Shown: positions 12,986-24,784 of the stretch, piece by piece
Numbering within the stretch: the first letter of the stretch is position 1
Layout: the number at the start of each line of letters is the position of its first letter
Source of the DNA: Octopus sinensis
Lineage: Eukaryota
Assembly: GCF_006345805.1 (NCBI RefSeq)
Contig: NC_043001.1
Location: 23,312,001 to 23,376,000 of the forward strand
DNA: 64,000 nt
Direction of reading: 5' to 3'
Translations under genes and position numbers: made by a program
Notes under the pieces: model-generated
What the model was told of the DNA's origin: nothing
Databases searched by the model: none
What the model saw: the letters and a program-made list of their open reading frames with translations, nothing else

Positions 12986-13430
12986 ATATATAGGAGCAAC
13001 TGTAAATTTTAAACAACGATACGTTGCACATCTCAATTCTTTTAGATACGAGAAACACAGTAAATGCACAACACTCGCCAGTCACATACATAATCTCAAA
13101 AATAGAAATATTCCTTACATCTTGTCATGGTCCATAATAGATTCAGAGCTTCCATATCAAGGTCAACTCTAAGCCTGTAAGTTATGCCTAAAAGAGGCAT
13201 TCCACATATTAAAACACAACTCTTCAATATTACTAAATAGATATAACGAGGCCCTAGGTACATGCAAGCATCGCTTTTTCCATACCTTCAAATTTTACCA
13301 CAAATCCAAATGGAACCTGAATAACCACACAGCACATATCCCGAACACCACCTTGGTAATCTCCAACAACCCTATTTGACTTTCCATTAATTTTTTAACT
13401 CTCCAATCTTATCTTAATTGTTTAATACTA
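11020..13430 (+). mobile_element. Decayed Penelope-like element (RT plus GIY-YIG) with an inverted 5' pseudo-LTR
   Basis: RT motifs TMGSSDSAQVTD, GGLYRDD, FLDITL, YNKP. GIY-YIG region IYKC...YIGAT..FKQRY..H..SF, C.LCLKE and CKHR. Frameshifted. The segment 11020-11580 is in the opposite orientation and carries the hammerhead. Confidence 0.85.
11080..11125 (-). ncRNA. Minimal type I hammerhead ribozyme of a Penelope pseudo-LTR
   Basis: TCT CTGATGA A GGGATAT-CCCTA-ATATCCC A GAAA CAGCTG TA|AGA, with palindromic stem III ACAGCTGT. Lies ~450 bp from a Penelope RT fragment in the opposite orientation. Confidence 0.75.
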
Positions 13431-13691
13431 CACATATGGGCATGCATATGTGTACGTATGCGGATGTATGCGCCTATGTATATGTATATATGTGGGGAGG
13501 CGTGTGCGTGTATGTATGCGTACGTGTGCATGCATGTGTGTATATGTGCGCACATGTATGCATATATGTATGTATTTATGGGTATGCGTTTGCGCGCGCG
13601 CACACACACACACATATATATATAATTCTTAAGTTTTTAAGTTTACAGCTTATGTCTCTTTACAATTCAACATTTTTTTTAAAATTACCGA

Positions 13692-14745
13692 TTGCTCAAG
13701 GATGTCCCCTGGGTGGCGACCACCGCGGACTGTTGGTCGGCCCACAACAGATCCTACCTAGGGATGACGGCACACTGGATCACAGGAACTCACACCTTTG
13801 ATGTTCTCACCCGGGCCATGGTGGACACCCAATACAAGTTCTATCTGCAAGACAAGGTGACCAAGCGCCTATTCTCGATAAGCAAAGATATTTTGAGAGC
13901 CACCCTGTCAGATGGTAACTTTGAGAGACTGATACTTATGAAGGGCAACCAGCATCACGTCGATGCGAGGGAGAAGGCCCAACCAGAATAGTACACCTTG
14001 ATCATCATAAGATCTTGGCATGATACCTATCTTATACATTATCTTTTTGATTCATTTAATACTTTCTGTACTGTAAATAAAGTGTGTTCACTGAAAAACT
14101 AATGCTTAATTTCATTTGTTCATTTAATTATTTGCGTACACCTTGATCACCATCTGATCTTGGCATGCTATACCTTTTTGAAAAGCTCTATGTCTAAGCT
14201 ACAACATGAACATTTCAGCTCTCTAGGTCTGTTTTTTGCGGTGGGGGTTTTGAGCCAAAAAATCAAACCGAAACTAAATTCATATGATAAAAGCTAGCGG
14301 TTATCAGTTAGCGTTAGCTTCATCTATTTTTTTTTTACCTGACTAGCAGTATCGCCCGGCGTTGCTCGGGTTTGTAAGGGAAATAACTATATAAGCATTT
14401 TTAGAGAGTTACTTCCCTTATATAAAACCGAGTAAAAAATGCATTAAAAAACGAAAAAATGATGGTAATTTTTTTTTAAATTGTAGACTCATCGTAGACG
14501 CTCGCTAATACCCAGAAGGGCTCGATATGAATCACGACTATAAGATACCCGCTTTTGGTTAAACTGCACCGCAAAATGTGGGAGTAGTTAGGAATCTAAA
14601 TCGGAGTAGACAGACTCTCACACACACAACTTCAGTTTTATATATAAAGATTAGCCGTTTAACGTTTGCGAAGCTGACTCCTTTTTTTAGTTAACGGTTT
14701 AGCGGTTAGCGAAGCTAACTTTTTGGTTAGATGTGCCCACCACTG
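13692..14745 (+). mobile_element. Internally deleted hAT transposon
   Basis: WVATTADCWS..RSYLGMTAHWI (catalytic Asp motif) fused to a hATC-like RLFS...R..LSD.NFE.L motif. Right end GTGCCCACCACTG. Confidence 0.75.
14343..14650 (-). mobile_element. Non-autonomous Helitron, family 1
   Basis: On minus: A|TCTTTATATATAAA ... CGCCGGGCGATACTGCTAG|T, i.e. 5' TC, 3' CTAG, A|T target. Confidence 0.8.
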
Positions 14746-15089
14746 ACTGTATGGAAGTAGATAAACAGATTTACACAACTAGCTCTAAATAATAATATGT
14801 TGACATAGTTATTCACTCATAAATCAATAAAACATTTCTTTAAAAATCTCTCTAGGCCCCTTTTAGGGAATAGATCTAAATTTGTCTCATTGAAGAAATT
14901 ATTTAGATAACAAAAAAATTATATACATTAAATATTAAAAAAAAAATTCCTCATGGAATTCTTCCAAACACTTTGCCTTTTCTGCAGCACTGCATTCTGC
15001 AATACTGAACAAAGGAAGGACATTTTCATAAAACCAGTTTGCGTATTGTGAAAACGGTTTGGACATGTAATAATGTCCCAACTGAATGG

Positions 15090-15275
15090 ATATGTTCTGT
15101 TGTGTCAGGGGAGAGTCATTTTCTTTTTGTGCTTTGTAATTTAACTCACTCACCGGTGAGTGTGTTAAATTACAAGGCACAAAAAGAAAATGACTCTCCT
15201 CAGACACAACAGAATATGCTTCAACACACGAACTCATATAAAGAATCTTGCAAACCAAATACCAAAAAAAAAACG
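15090..15275. mobile_element. Fold-back copy of the 4504-5065 Penelope-like family
   Basis: ~60-bp inverted arms centred on CTCACC|GGTGAG (15154/15155), then the same GAACTCATATAAAGAATCTTGCAAACC tail. Confidence 0.65.
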
Positions 15276-16021
15276 AAATGAATTGATATGTCTTTGATGT
15301 TAAATTGCCCAACTCCGACATTTGGAAATATTTCACAAATGAAGTTATATCATAAAAATGAACAGGAATAAATACAAAAGCATTTAGGCATTTAGTAAAC
15401 TTATCAACTATTTCATAACTTTCCTTCCCTACCCTTCGAAGCCGAACTTAGGAACGCCGGTCATTGACATCAATATCTTTCGTCAACTAAGACGGTGAGT
15501 TTTCATAAAAATCTCTATAGTGAAAAGTTAACAAAAGCAAGAAAAGCACACGATAAAGATCAGTGTCATCGCCTGTTACCCCCTCCATACACACACACAC
15601 AGTGATGACTACCTACTACAAACAACTACAACTGTCACCGCCTTAACAAATGTCGTCACCACCACTCTAAACAATAAAGAAAGGTCACCACCAAGAATTC
15701 ACTGTCGTTATCACTAGGAACTCAAGCCCCCAAAATGCGTCCACTGTCGCCAACTAACGCCAATTTATAAGTAGCATTACTTCCTACCCCCACCCTTCAA
15801 GAATGGGATTGGAAACGAATCCACAACACTGGCTCCCCAGACCTGTGCGTTCCTCAGGTAACTACCCAGAACACCCATGACTCTAGACGGTACAATCACG
15901 ATCACCACTACCAACAATAAATAAACGTAAAAGTAATAGTTACGTTTTAAATGTTAAAAAAAAATGAAAGATTGCCCGGGTTTAGTTTTCGCATAAAAGA
16001 AATCAGAAAATGATTGAATAT

Positions 16022-16410
16022 AGGCGCAGGAGTGGCTGTGTGGTAAGTAGCTTGTTTACCAACCACATGGTTCCGGGTTCAGTCCCACTACGTGGCACCT
16101 TGGGCAAGTATCCTCTACCATAGCCTCGGGCCAACCAAAGCGTTGTGAGTGGATTTGGTAGACGGAAACTGAAAGAAGCCCATCGTATATGTGTGTGTGT
16201 GTTTGTGTGTCTGTGTTTGTCACCCCACCATCGCTTGACAACCGATGTTGGTGTGTTCACGTCCCTGTAACGTAGCGGTTCGGCAAAACAGACCGATAAA
16301 ATAACTACTAGTCTTACAAAGAATAAGTACTGGAGTCGATTTGTTCGACTAAAAGGTGGTGTTCCAGCATGGCCGTAGTCAAATGACTGAAACAAATAAA
16401 AGAATAAAAG
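16022..16410 (+). mobile_element. tRNA-derived SINE, family A
   Basis: Full-length match to the other family A copies. Confidence 0.85.
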
Positions 16411-16836
16411 AAGAGAGGAGAATTTGGGTATCGATCCCCGGTACCTCTCGCACACAAAGCTAATTCCACACGGGGAATGGGGGAATCATCAACATTTTTT
16501 AAAGATATAAATTTTTGTCCAATAAAAAAAATTATTATTTGCTGTCGTTTACTACCACCACCACCACTATAATCAAAGCCACCATAAAAATATGAATTGT
16601 TTTGTTTTTTGTTACTTGTTTCAGCCTTTAGACTGTGGCCACGCTGGAGCACTGCCTTGAAGAATTTAGTCAAACGAATTGATTCAAGTACTTATTTTTT
16701 TTTAATGCCTGGTACTTATTCTATCGGTGTCTTACGCTGAACTGCTAAACTACGGGAACGTAAACACACCAAAATCGGTTGTCAAGCGGTGGTGGACACA
16801 CAGACACACACACACACACACACACACACATCTATC

Positions 16837-17170
16837 GGTGCTACTTTGGTATGCGGTCTACGTAACCAACGTGATCTACAAGAGTCAAATTCTAGTTTAG
16901 TATGCGATCTACATGTTTCATTTATTTATTTATTATGGCTTAAATAAAACACTCTTATATTTTTATACATTTATTTTTTAAAAAATTAGAATGAAACAAA
17001 TTTGAAACAAGCTTACTAATTTTATCGGTGAATCGAACGAACATCAGCTAGAAAAGCTGTTCTTCGCAAGTATAACTTTTTTTTGTTTTTGGTTGTAGAT
17101 CACAATATAAAGTGTAAATCGCATACTTAAGCAGTTTCATGATACGTAGATCGCATATCAAAGTAGCACC
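16837..17170. mobile_element. MITE (GG..CC ends, 8-bp TSD; Merlin-like)
   Basis: TIR GGTGCTACTTTGGTATGCGGTCTACGTA / TACGTAGATCGCATATCAAAGTAGCACC. TSD CATCTATC. Confidence 0.75.
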
Positions 17171-17655
17171 CATCTATCTATCGATTGATCGATCGATAGA
17201 TAGATAGCTGTGTGTTTGAGTATGTGTTGTTATATTTCGGGGTAACCTTTTTTTTTTTTTTATTTGCCAAAAAACCATTTGTAATAAATATGTACACGAC
17301 GTGCTTCTTTCAGTTTCCGTCTAACAAAACTCACTAAGAAGGTTTTGGTCGTCCCGAGGTTATGGCTGAAAAAAAAAAAACTTACCCAAGGTGTCACGCA
17401 GTGAGACTGAACTCAGAACGATTGGTTTTGGAAGCAAACTTCTTCCCACACAGTCACGCCTGCGCTTATTACTCATGATCACGAAATCTCTGTAAACTCT
17501 ACGGGTTACATGTATTATATTAACATACAGCCTACGCATTCTTTTTGAAAATTCGAATGTCAGCAAAAGTTTTCAAGTTATTTTGACAATGTACAACATA
17601 AATATAATCTGTAAGTCATTTAACTAGTTTTCGTAGTTGGTTTGAAAGATTCGTT

Positions 17656-17987
17656 GGGGGCTAATGCAGAGTCGCACCTCTCCTTGAAAAGTGCATTTTT
17701 TTGAAAAAAAATTTCGGATACCTACGTTTTAGATGTCGGAGATTACGAATATACAAAAAAAAACCCTTTTCAAATTTCACCCCACCTCTCCATCCCCCCA
17801 ATTTAAAATTTTGAACTTTTATCGAAATTCTTTTTTTAAAACCACCTTTTGCCAAGTGAAATTTGAAAAGGTGTTTTTCTTTTTTGCATATTCGTAATCT
17901 CTGACATCTAAAACGTAGGAATTCGAAAAATGTTTTTCAATAAAAATGCATTTTTCAGGGAGAGGTGCAATTCTGCGTTAGCCCCCC
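17656..17987. mobile_element. Fold-back MITE with ~130-bp TIRs
   Basis: GGGGGCTAATGCAGA... / ...TCTGCGTTAGCCCCC long inverted arms. Flanking direct repeat GATTCGT. Confidence 0.75.
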
Positions 17988-18320
17988 GATTCGTGATGTG
18001 AAATCATGAATTGAAACAAATTTTGTTGTATCTCGGGAGGGTTATACTGCTAGTAAAAAAAAAAAACAATAAACATGCATTTTTATTAAAGAGAACGTAA
18101 AAAGCCAAACGAAAGGCCGCTAAATTCTTTGACGTGCTTGCGATTTTGTCCGCCTAAGCATTAGTATTGTACTGCTAGAAGCTTGCTTCACAACCACATG
18201 GTTCCGGGTTCAGTCCCACTGCTTGACACATTGGGCAAGTGTCTTCTGCTATAGCCTCGGGCCGACCAAAGCCTCGTGAGTGGATTTGGTAGGCGGAAAC
18301 TGAAAGAAACCCGTCGTATA

Positions 18321-18704
18321 TCTCTCTCTATATAAACGGCAGTTTGTCTGTGCGTGTTTCTGTGTGTCTGTTTGCTTGTACCCTCACCCTGACCACGGCT
18401 TTCAACCGATTCTGATGAAACTTGACACACACATAGCCTAATGTCATAATTCAAAACTAACGCAGCGAAAATTTTGAAAAGTTCCCCCAGTTCTGAAAAA
18501 AATCGATAAATTCGACATGGGGTCGAGAATCAGGAACACAAACCACAAACTGTGTAGGGGACGCAACTCCACCTTTTTTAACTATCAAAAAAAAATTTAC
18601 CATATTTTTTTCCATTATTTTGCTATTTTTTGGCTATAACTCTCTAAAAATACTTTATAGTTATTTCCCTTACAAACCTGAGCAACGCCGGGCGATACTG
18701 CTAG
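18321..18704 (+). mobile_element. Non-autonomous Helitron, family 2 (nested in a SINE)
   Basis: A|TCTCTCTCTATATAAACGG ... GCGATACTGCTAG|T. It splits a family A SINE. Confidence 0.8.
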
Positions 18705-18846
18705 TATGTATATATCTATATGACTTTATCTCTGTGTTTGTCCCACAATCACCGCTTGACAACCGGTGTTGGTGTGCTTACATCCCTGTAACACAGCGAT
18801 TCAGCAAAAAAGACTGATATAATAACTACTAGGCTGAAACAAAAGA

Positions 18847-18877
<31 letters not shown>

Positions 18878-19164
18878 TGTATGTATGTATGTATGTATGT
18901 ATGTATGTGCGTGTGTGTGTACTTTTATGTTATAACAACCTTGAATTAAACTGAAGAATTTTGATCGAGTACAAATTTATTATTCTTTAACAGAATAGTA
19001 TTAATAGTGACTTTGTAGATTCGGCCAGCTAAGCCATCATCTGACTGCACATACACATACAAATGCATGTATACACACACTCTTGTAGGCCGAGATGGGG
19101 AATTCTAAACAAATAAAATAAAAGCTGTTGAAAAGCAGAAAACCCTTACTGAAGTAAAAGCTTT

Positions 19165-19596
19165 GGATCTTTTCGGTTTGACTGGCAGTTTTTAAAAATA
19201 ATTTCCACGTAACTAAACACTTTTAAACTTCGTATACTGGTAGAATGTGTTTATAAAACATCTTTTTCTCTTGGCTTTATTGAGAAAATTCTATAGCTTG
19301 TAAGATATTTGTTGTTGTTTTTTCTTCAATTTCTGCAATTTCAACCAATCAATGACGTCTATTGAGATGAAAACATTCTGTGCCGTATGAATATGTCCCT
19401 CGTTTAAGAAACAGATTGGGTTTATTTACATTTCTGAAGAAAAAAAGATACCCTTCCCCCACCCTTAACCCTAACCCTAACTAACCATAACCCTAAAACA
19501 GATTGAAATGCAATAGATCGATACTAGGGTCATAAATATGAGTGACAATTTCATTTGACACCGCTAAAAAAACTGCCGTTCAAACCGAAAAGATCC
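19165..19596. mobile_element. Merlin-like MITE containing telomere-like repeats
   Basis: TIR GGATCTTTTCGGTTTGA..GGCAGTTTTT, 8-bp TSD AAAGCTTT, and internal CCTTAACCCTAACCCTAA...CCCTAA at ~19462-19496. Confidence 0.8.
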
Positions 19597-20309
19597 AAAG
19601 CTTTTAGAAAATTGAAAAAAAATATACTATTTTACTTTCATCTAGATAGGTGCTAAATTCAGGATACCCGCTACCTTGTATTTATATAACTGGTCATAAA
19701 TTTGAGGAAAAGGATGTTTTTATACACAGACTTTTCCTTCTTACACCGCCGATAATTCGGTATAACTGCAGATGTGTGCCCCTGCGATCGTTCCCGACTT
19801 TTTCTTCATAATCTTTTGAAAACTGGAATATATTTTTTAATGAAGTTTTACGGTGATACTTTTTGATGGTATAGATTAGGGTTATATCGGAATTTGCTGT
19901 GAAAGTTTTTTCAGGGTTGAAGAGAGGAGTTTCGGATAATTTGCACACCTCAGTTTATTTCCTCACAACTTTCTGGAAAATGAAAATTTTTTAATATAAT
20001 TTACTACAAAGTTTAAGAGGGTGTAGATTACGATTATGTCAGAATAATACGCTTTGATGTCATTTATGCACATCAAATTCCGATCTATTTTTAATCTGTA
20101 CCACCTGAAACATAATTGTTGAACATTTTATTAAAAAATATTCAGGCGTAGGAGTGGCTGTGTGGTAAGTAGCTTGCTCACGAACCACATGGTTCCGAGT
20201 TCAGTCCCACTGCGTGGCACCTTGGGCAAGTGTCTTCTACTATAGCCTCGGGCCGACCAAAGTCTTGTGAGTGGATTTGGTAGACGGAAACTGAAAAAAG
20301 CCCGTCGTG

Positions 20310-20353
<44 letters not shown>

Positions 20354-20495
20354 CAATAAAGATTAAAGTTAATTTAAATGAATTTACTTGAATATGGTAC
20401 CTAACTTAGATGCACCAAAACAAACTATACGGTTTTAACAATACAGTAATGTGGGGTGATTATAAGCGAGAAAGAAGCAACAAGAATGGATAGGT

Positions 20496-20586
20496 TTTTA
20501 GTACAATCGTTTCATACAAGGACAGGCTTTATTAAAAGTTGCAAAAATTGCAGCATATAAACGTGTCCCGTACTCATCAGCTAAAA
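20496..20586 (-). ncRNA. Type I hammerhead ribozyme (mirror copy in the left arm)
   Basis: Reverse complement of 21208-21298. Sense with respect to the NR2E5 pre-mRNA. Confidence 0.8.
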
Positions 20587-21207
20587 TACATGTGAGTTCT
20601 CTAGACATCCTAGTGGTTGAGGCTATACTCATGAAGTAATGTAGATAATTAAGTAACATAAACAGATTCCAAAGTTCATTAAAGTTCTTTAAAGATGATG
20701 TACAGTCTTATCACAGAATTTTAAAAAGTTTTAATAGCATCACAGAGAAGGTGACTTAATCCATGGTGTACATATGAATTTCCAGAGATATGAGGAGGGA
20801 TTACATACTCACAGACGACAAATTATCCATTGCTAATCACAACGAGGTGGGTTTCAATTCCTGCTTATTAGCATTACCGAGAGGGTGAATTAATCCTTTG
20901 TATAGGATTAATTCACCCTCTCGGTAATGCTAATAAGCAGGAATTGAAACCCACCTCGTTGTGATTAGCAATGGATAAATTTGTCGTCTGTGAGTATGTA
21001 ATCCCTCCTCATATCTCTGGAAATTCATATGTACACCATGGATTAAGTCACCTTCTCTGTGATGCTATTAAAACTTTTTTAAAATTCTGTGATAAGACTG
21101 TACATCATCTTTAATGAACTTTGGAAATCTGTTTATGTTACTTAATTATCTACATTACTTCATGAGTATAGCCTCAACCACTAGGATGTCTAGAGAACTC
21201 ACATGTA

Positions 21208-21298
21208 TTTTAGCTGATGAGTACGGGACACGTTTATATGCTGCAATTTTTGCAACTTTTAATAAAGCCTGTCCTTGTATGAAACGATTGTACTAAAA
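21208..21298 (+). ncRNA. Type I hammerhead ribozyme with extended loop II
   Basis: Stem I TTTTAG/CTAAAA, CTGATGA (21214-21220), stem II GTACGGGACA/TGTCCTTGTAT, GAAAC-GATT-GTA, predicted cleavage after A21292. Confidence 0.8.
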
Positions 21299-21341
21299 AC
21301 CTATCCATTCTTGTTGCTTCTTTCTCGCGTATATATATATA

Positions 21342-21394
<53 letters not shown>

Positions 21395-22028
21395 TGTATC
21401 TGTGTTTGTGTATCTGTGTTTGTCCCCCAACAGCGCTTGACAACCGATGCTGGTATGTTTACGTCCCCGTAACTTAGCGGTTCGGCAAAAGAGACCGATA
21501 GAATAATTACTAGGCTTACAAAGAATAAGTCCTGGCGTCGATTTGCTCGACTAAAGGCGGTGCTCCAGCATGGCCACAGTCAAATGACTGAAACCAGTAA
21601 AAGAGCATTTTCTTTTTTTTTTCTTCTTTTCATAGAGTTATAAGGAAACGAAGTCGGAGTGGGGTAACGCATCTTCAATTATGCCGACAAATCAATTTCT
21701 TTAAGTCTCTTGGATACTTAGAGAAAACGGCAACAAAATGCATAGATTCTTGGCACAGTTCACAATTTCTTGGGTTCTCTAATAGATGGTATCGATTTCA
21801 AGAATAATTTGTTTAAAATTCATTTCCAAATCGTGCCAAACTCAGAAACGATAATGGTGAAATATTTTCAAAAAAGACTGAAGTAGGATTGCATAATGTT
21901 TTGAAACGGTATACATTAAAACTAAATTGTAATACTAAAGCTTTCAATAGAGCCAGTTTAGCTTTCATTTTACTGTATATAATATTAAATAACATTGCAT
22001 TGATTCACTCATTTTATGACCACATGCA

Positions 22029-22925
22029 CAGTGGCATAACTAGAGCGTGTACCGCCCAGAGCAATCCTTGAATTTGCCTTCCGCCCCTATGGAAACTTCA
22101 GACTTATCCAGTAGATCCAAAATCAAAAGCGCTGCCCTCATAAAAGTGAGTATTGGTGAACTGGGAGCTGGATTATCTGGTCTGGCGGCTTGCTACTCCC
22201 AAATAGAACCAACCACAATATTTAGATTTTAATAAGTTTATTTACAGATTGATATTACAATACCTAACAGAAAACTGTTATGGCTGAATACCAGTAGTTT
22301 GTGTGAGAATGTATCTTCGCGAGAAGGAATCTTTTTTACACGAGATCGAGTGGCATAGCTACCAGCTGACCTAGTAATCCTCTATGAGTTCTCATGTTCC
22401 TTTGCGTTGTATTTCCCCTCGCATCTCAATTTATAACCTATTTCTTTATTACCCACAAGGGGCTAAACACAGAGGGAACAAACAAGGACAGACATAGGTA
22501 TTAAGTCGATTACATCGACCGCAGTGCGTAACTGGTACTTAATTTATCGACCCCGAAAGGATGAAAGGCAAAGTCGACCACGGCGGAATTTGAACTCACA
22601 ACGTAACGCAGACGAAATACCGCTAAGCATTTCGCCCGGCGTGGTAACGTTTCTGCCAGCTCGCCGCCTTAATTTATAACCATGATTTGACGTGAATTTG
22701 CATGAAATTTTCCATTATTCTTACCACACAAATGCGCTAGAACAACGATTGGTTGAAATATGGACCAAAATCACTTGATAAGGACCGTCGTTACTAAATA
22801 TGGAAACTGATATGCCGTGATATTTCCTCGTTAATGAATTGACTTGGTTTCAAATACTACCTTCGAGTACTGCTACAAGTGTTGACCGGACGGCCGGCCG
22901 GCCGGCTCCACTTGCTCCGCTACTG
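22029..22925. mobile_element. Non-autonomous hAT-like element with a nested SINE
   Basis: CAGTGGC...GCTACTG ends, 8-bp TSD CACATGCA. A family B SINE is nested at ~22438-22670. Confidence 0.6.
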
Positions 22926-23324
22926 CACATGCATCACATATTGGTTTCAAATTCTTTGGCATTAGGCCAGCATTTCCGGAGAAGGCGGTAAGTCAATTAC
23001 ATCGATCCCAGTCCTCGATTGATACTTATTTTAACGACCCTGAAAGGATGAAAGACAAAGTTGACCTCGACAATATTTGAACTCCGGACGTAAAGACGGA
23101 CGAAATACCGCTAATCATTTTGCCCGGCGTGCTAACAATTTTAACCAGTTCGCCGCCTTACACACATCACATATTCGAAAACAATCATTCGATTTCCTTC
23201 AAAATTTTATTGTATGGTCATAATTTCCAAATAAATTCTCCGTAAATCATAGCTTGAAATGACAGTCTATACATTCCGTCATGCCATTAGGGCGAAAGAG
23301 AAATGAGAGGCTATGCGGGTAAAA

Positions 23325-23719
23325 TCTTTATATATAAAAGTGAAGTTGTGTGTCTGTCTCCTACGATTTAGATTCCTAACTACTCCCACATTTTGCGATG
23401 CAGTTTAACCAAAACCGGGTATCTTATAGTCGTGATTCATATCGAGCCCTTCTGGGTATTAGCGCGCGTCTACGATGAGTCTACGATTTAAAAAAAACAT
23501 TGACCATAAATTTTTTCCATTTTAATGCATTTTCGCTATTATATAAGGGAAGTAACTCTCTAAAAATGTCTACGATGAGTCAACGATTAAAAAAAAATTA
23601 CCATCATTTTTTTCCCATTTTTAATGCATTTTTTTGCTATTTTTTGGCTATAACTCTCTAAAAATGCTTATATAGTTATTTCCCTTACAAATCCGAGCAA
23701 AGCCGGGCGATACTGCTAG
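23325..23719 (+). mobile_element. Non-autonomous Helitron, family 1
   Basis: A|TCTTTATATATAAAAG ... GATACTGCTAG|T, with an internal tandem duplication. Confidence 0.8.
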
Positions 23720-23986
23720 TTACAACTAATACACGTTTGATAAGGAATGTAAATCACTAATCGCTAGAACTTGCTTATTTCCACCAACACCTTCATCGTT
23801 ATCTACACCAGCAGTATTGTCTACTTGAACAGTCGGCCGCGACACGCTCACGAGCATGTGAGGGTGCTACATCGTGTTTGAGATCTTTTAAGCAGAAAAC
23901 GTGAAAATAATAAATAAAGTATTATATTTTTTTGTTTTTTGGGGGTTTTTTTTCTGAAAAACATATAGACTTTTTATTTTCATATA

Positions 23987-24213
23987 CAGTAACCCCTCGA
24001 CTATCGCGTGTGTTGCATTCCACCCCACCCCCACCTCCTCGATAGGTGAAAATCCGCGAAGTAGAAACAGTACTGTACTGTATATTTTATTATTATTTTT
24101 ATAATTTGTATTCTTTATTTTATTATAAATTCAAATCAACACCACGGAGGAATCGACGTAAGCTTGAATAATAAACCGCGATAGGTGAACCGCGATATGG
24201 CGAGGGATTACTG
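23987..24213. mobile_element. pogo/Tigger-like MITE
   Basis: TA|CAGTAACCCCTCGACTATCGCG ... CGCGATATGGCGAGGGATTACTG. Confidence 0.65.
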
Positions 24214-24226
24214 CATAACATATAAA

Positions 24227-24373
24227 CACTAGCGTAGCTAGAGGTGAGTAGGAGCGGTCCACCCCGGGCGGCACTTTTCATTATGTTGTAGGCTATTGTT
24301 GTGCTTTTTGTGGGGTCTGGGGGCAGCAAACGAAAGGGCCGCCCCGGTGCTACACACTCTAGCTATGCTAGTA
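24227..24373. mobile_element. Small hAT-like MITE
   Basis: TIR CACTAGCGTAGCTAGAG / CTCTAGCTATGCTAGTA, 8-bp TSD CATATAAA. Confidence 0.7.
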
Positions 24374-24784
24374 CATATAAACATGTATAGCTTTTAGTTA
24401 GAACATTGTCAGTTTATAAGATTTTGCTGATTATTATATATATAGATTATAATATAATAATAATAATAATAATATAATAATAATAATAAGGATTATTACG
24501 AAGTAGCATAGAATTGCCTTTAATTCTTTTATATGTATAGGTTTACATAGCTCTACACATGTTTCAGGCACAGGCGTGGATGTGATAAGAAGCTTGCTTT
24601 CCATTCACACGGTTCCGGGTTCATTCTCACTGCATGGCACCTTGGGTAAGTGTCTTCTACTATAGCCTCACGCCGACCAATGCCTTGAGAGTATTTTGCT
24701 AGATAGAAACTGAATGAAGCCCGTCGTACACACACACACACACACACATACACACACATATATATATATATATATATGTCGATC

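Larger units (their letters stand above)
20466..21328. repeat. Near-perfect long inverted repeat (432/425-bp arms, 6-nt spacer TTGTAT)
   Basis: 20466-20897 is the reverse complement of 20904-21328, apart from three 1-nt homopolymer indels and one 10-nt unit indel that I could see. Confidence 0.95.
20144..21605 (+). mobile_element. Family A SINE interrupted at its (TA)n tract by a ~980-bp palindromic insertion
   Basis: SINE head at 20144-20310 and SINE tail at ~21400-21605 are collinear with uninterrupted copies. Confidence 0.85.

Noticed and set aside
20466-21328. Simple fold-back sequencing chimera as the explanation for the palindrome
   Set aside because: The host SINE resumes correctly after the right arm, and the arms differ by a 10-nt unit indel. 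The homopolymer differences may still be sequencing errors, so read-level confirmation is needed.
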